Virus record (IMG/VR): IMGVR_UViG_2698536369_000013
Span: 1 to 7,991 of that record
Reading direction: 5' to 3' (one strand)
DNA: 7,991 nucleotides
Source of the DNA: a virus
Taxonomy: Duplodnaviria > Heunggongvirae > Uroviricota > Caudoviricetes
Below the pieces are notes generated by a model. It was given only the letters and a program-made list of their open reading frames with translations, had not been told where the DNA came from and did not search any database. The position numbers and the translations under genes are program-made. This document shows positions 6,670 through 7,991 of this stretch, one piece after another (within the stretch, counting starts at the first letter, position 1; every line of letters begins with the position of its first letter).

Positions 6670-6990
6670 TGAGAAATAAAAAACCGGCCACAGGGAGCAG
6701 CTACACAGAACCGGCCGGCGAAGACCGCCAATACCACCCATGCTTTGATGCAACATACTAATGACAATAGCCGCTATTGATGTAAATGCAATGTTATGCA
6801 TCGACGAAAATAAAAAACCGGCAGGGGAAATCCATTGAAGATTTGCCGGTGGCAAAAGAGGGCCATGTTTTTAACCTTAGTCGCAGAGTTACGGAGTGCA
6901 ACTACGAATGCTGCCGGTATATGGCTGAATGGCGTTTCAATGATGTACGTCATCTTATCTGTAAACGTTAATGACAAACGCTCTCATTTG

Positions 6991-7186
6991 TGCGGGTCCT
7001 TCCGGTGGGGTGGCCTGCCACGGGGCGGAAGGCGCGCGGGTTTTCGCTATTTATGAAAATTTTCCGGGGAAAATCATGTCGGTACTTCTCGAACATAACT
7101 ATTTGTTTTTTCTAATATCGAATCCGTAAAAGGTCCGACATGAAAACGCCTAAAAAAGTCATTTTCGGGCACTTTCATGTCGGACC
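6991..7186. other. cos: Phage cohesive-end site (cosQ-cosN-cosB) of a lambda-like packaging system
   Basis: About 190 bp upstream of Nu1, as in lambda. CGGGTCCTTCCGGTG (6993-7007) resembles lambda cosQ. Putative cosN is GGGCGGAAGGCG (7023-7034) against lambda GGGCGGCGACCT. The block CGCGGGTTTTCGCTATTTATGAAAATTTTCCGG (7035-7067) matches the start of lambda cosB as I recall it. Three R-like repeats follow. Confidence 0.75.
7073..7186. repeat. Three copies of a CATGTCGG-core repeat in + / - / + orientation (candidate terminase small-subunit binding sites)
   Basis: ATCATGTCGGTAC (7073-7085, +), GGTCCGACATGAAA (7132-7145, reverse orientation), TTTCATGTCGGACC (7173-7186, +). Copies 2 and 3 form a perfect 14-bp inverted repeat. 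An AT-rich spacer (7086-7131) between copies 1 and 2 sits where lambda has its IHF site. Confidence 0.6.
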
Positions 7187-7210
7187 CTGTGTTTGTTGTG
7201 AGACTGTTTC

Positions 7211-7756
7211 ATGAAGGTTAATAAAAAGAAGCTTGCCGAAATTTTCAACGTGGATCCGCGAACGATTGAACGCTGGCAGTCTCAGGGACTCCCTTGCGTC
7301 TCCGGAGGTGGTAAGGGCGTTGAATCTGTATTTGATACCTCCATGGCAATTCAGTGGTATGCGCAGAGGGAGGCTGATATCGAAAATGAAAAACTCCGTA
7401 AAGAGGTTGAGGATTACAGGGCTGCCAGTGAGGCAGATCTCCAGCCTGGGACTATTGAGTACGAACGCCATCGACTTACGCGTGCGCAGGCCGACGCACA
7501 GGAGCTGAAGAATGCCAGAGACTCCGCAGAAGTGGTGGAAACCGCATTCTGTACTTTCGTGCTGTCACGGATCGCAGGTGAAATTGCCAGTATTCTTGAC
7601 GGGATCCCTCTCTCGGTACAGCGGCGTTTTCCGGAACTGGAAAACCGACATGTTGATTTCCTGAAACGGGATATCATCAAAGCCATGAACAAAGCAGCCG
7701 CGCTGGATGAACTGATACCGGGGTTGCTGAGTGAATATATCGAACAGTCAGGTTAA
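7211..7756 (+). CDS. nu1: Terminase small subunit, lambda Nu1-like (181 aa)
   Basis: ATG 7211, stop TAA 7754-7756. From about residue 70 onward the protein is essentially identical to lambda Nu1 as I recall it ([42 protein letters not shown]...LSEYIEQSG). The N-terminal winged-HTH region ([28 protein letters not shown]...) is clearly related but diverged. Confidence 0.95.
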   Translation: MKVNKKKLAEIFNVDPRTIERWQSQGLPCVSGGGKGVESVFDTSMAIQWYAQREADIENEKLRKEVEDYRAASEADLQPGTIEYERHRLTRAQADAQELKNARDSAEVVETAFCTFVLSRIAGEIASILDGIPLSVQRRFPELENRHVDFLKRDIIKAMNKAAALDELIPGLLSEYIEQSG

Positions 7757-7991
7757 CAGGCTGCGGCATTTTGTCCGCGCCGGGCTTCGCTCACTGTTCA
7801 GGCCGGAGCCACAGACCGCCGTTGAATGGGCGGATGCCAATTACTATCTCCCGAAAGAATCCGCATACCAGGAAGGGCGCTGGGAAACACTGCCCTTTCA
7901 GCGGGCCATCATGAATGCGATGGGCAGCGACTACATCCGTGAGGTGAATGTGGTGAAGTCTGCCCGTGTCGGTTATTCCAAAATGCTGCTG
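7731..7991 (+). CDS. A: Terminase large subunit, lambda gpA-like (5' partial, first 87 codons; continues beyond the window)
   Basis: GTG start at 7731, overlapping the Nu1 3' end by 26 nt exactly as in lambda. Translation [87 protein letters not shown] matches the lambda A N-terminus. Confidence 0.9.
   Translation, partial: MNISNSQVNRLRHFVRAGLRSLFRPEPQTAVEWADANYYLPKESAYQEGRWETLPFQRAIMNAMGSDYIREVNVVKSARVGYSKMLL

Noticed and set aside
6646-7056. Small ORFs on both strands between the last hypothetical gene and cos (6646-6855 and 6774-6977 on the minus strand; 6786-6971 and 6835-7056 on the + strand)
   Set aside because: They cross the terminator-like hairpins and the cos region, overlap one another, and lack convincing starts or RBS. 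The region looks non-coding and structured.

Overview
This window reads as the late region of a lambdoid prophage of the E. coli/Shigella type, with no Shiga toxin genes. All convincing genes are on the + strand. From left to right: a complete IS629-like IS3-family insertion sequence (1-1310); an orphan beta-class DNA methyltransferase (1560-2606); a degenerate tRNA-like element and a canonical tRNA-Gly(UCC) (2788-2941); a 680-bp AT-rich gap with an intrinsic terminator; a TerB-like protein plus a 50-aa membrane protein (3621-4195); a lysis cassette of two membrane proteins, an M15-peptidase endolysin and a small lipoprotein (4283-5517); three small hypothetical proteins (5691-6626); a cos site (about 6991-7186); and the terminase small subunit Nu1 with the first 87 codons of the large subunit A (7211-7991). 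The items most worth follow-up are the TerB-like two-gene insert, a cos site whose cosN right half and cosB repeats differ from lambda alongside a matching divergent Nu1 N-terminus, a lysis cassette with no recognisable i-spanin, and the IS629 sitting directly upstream of the late genes. Nothing here was computed or searched: all identifications rest on reading the sequence and on recalled reference sequences, so each needs database confirmation.
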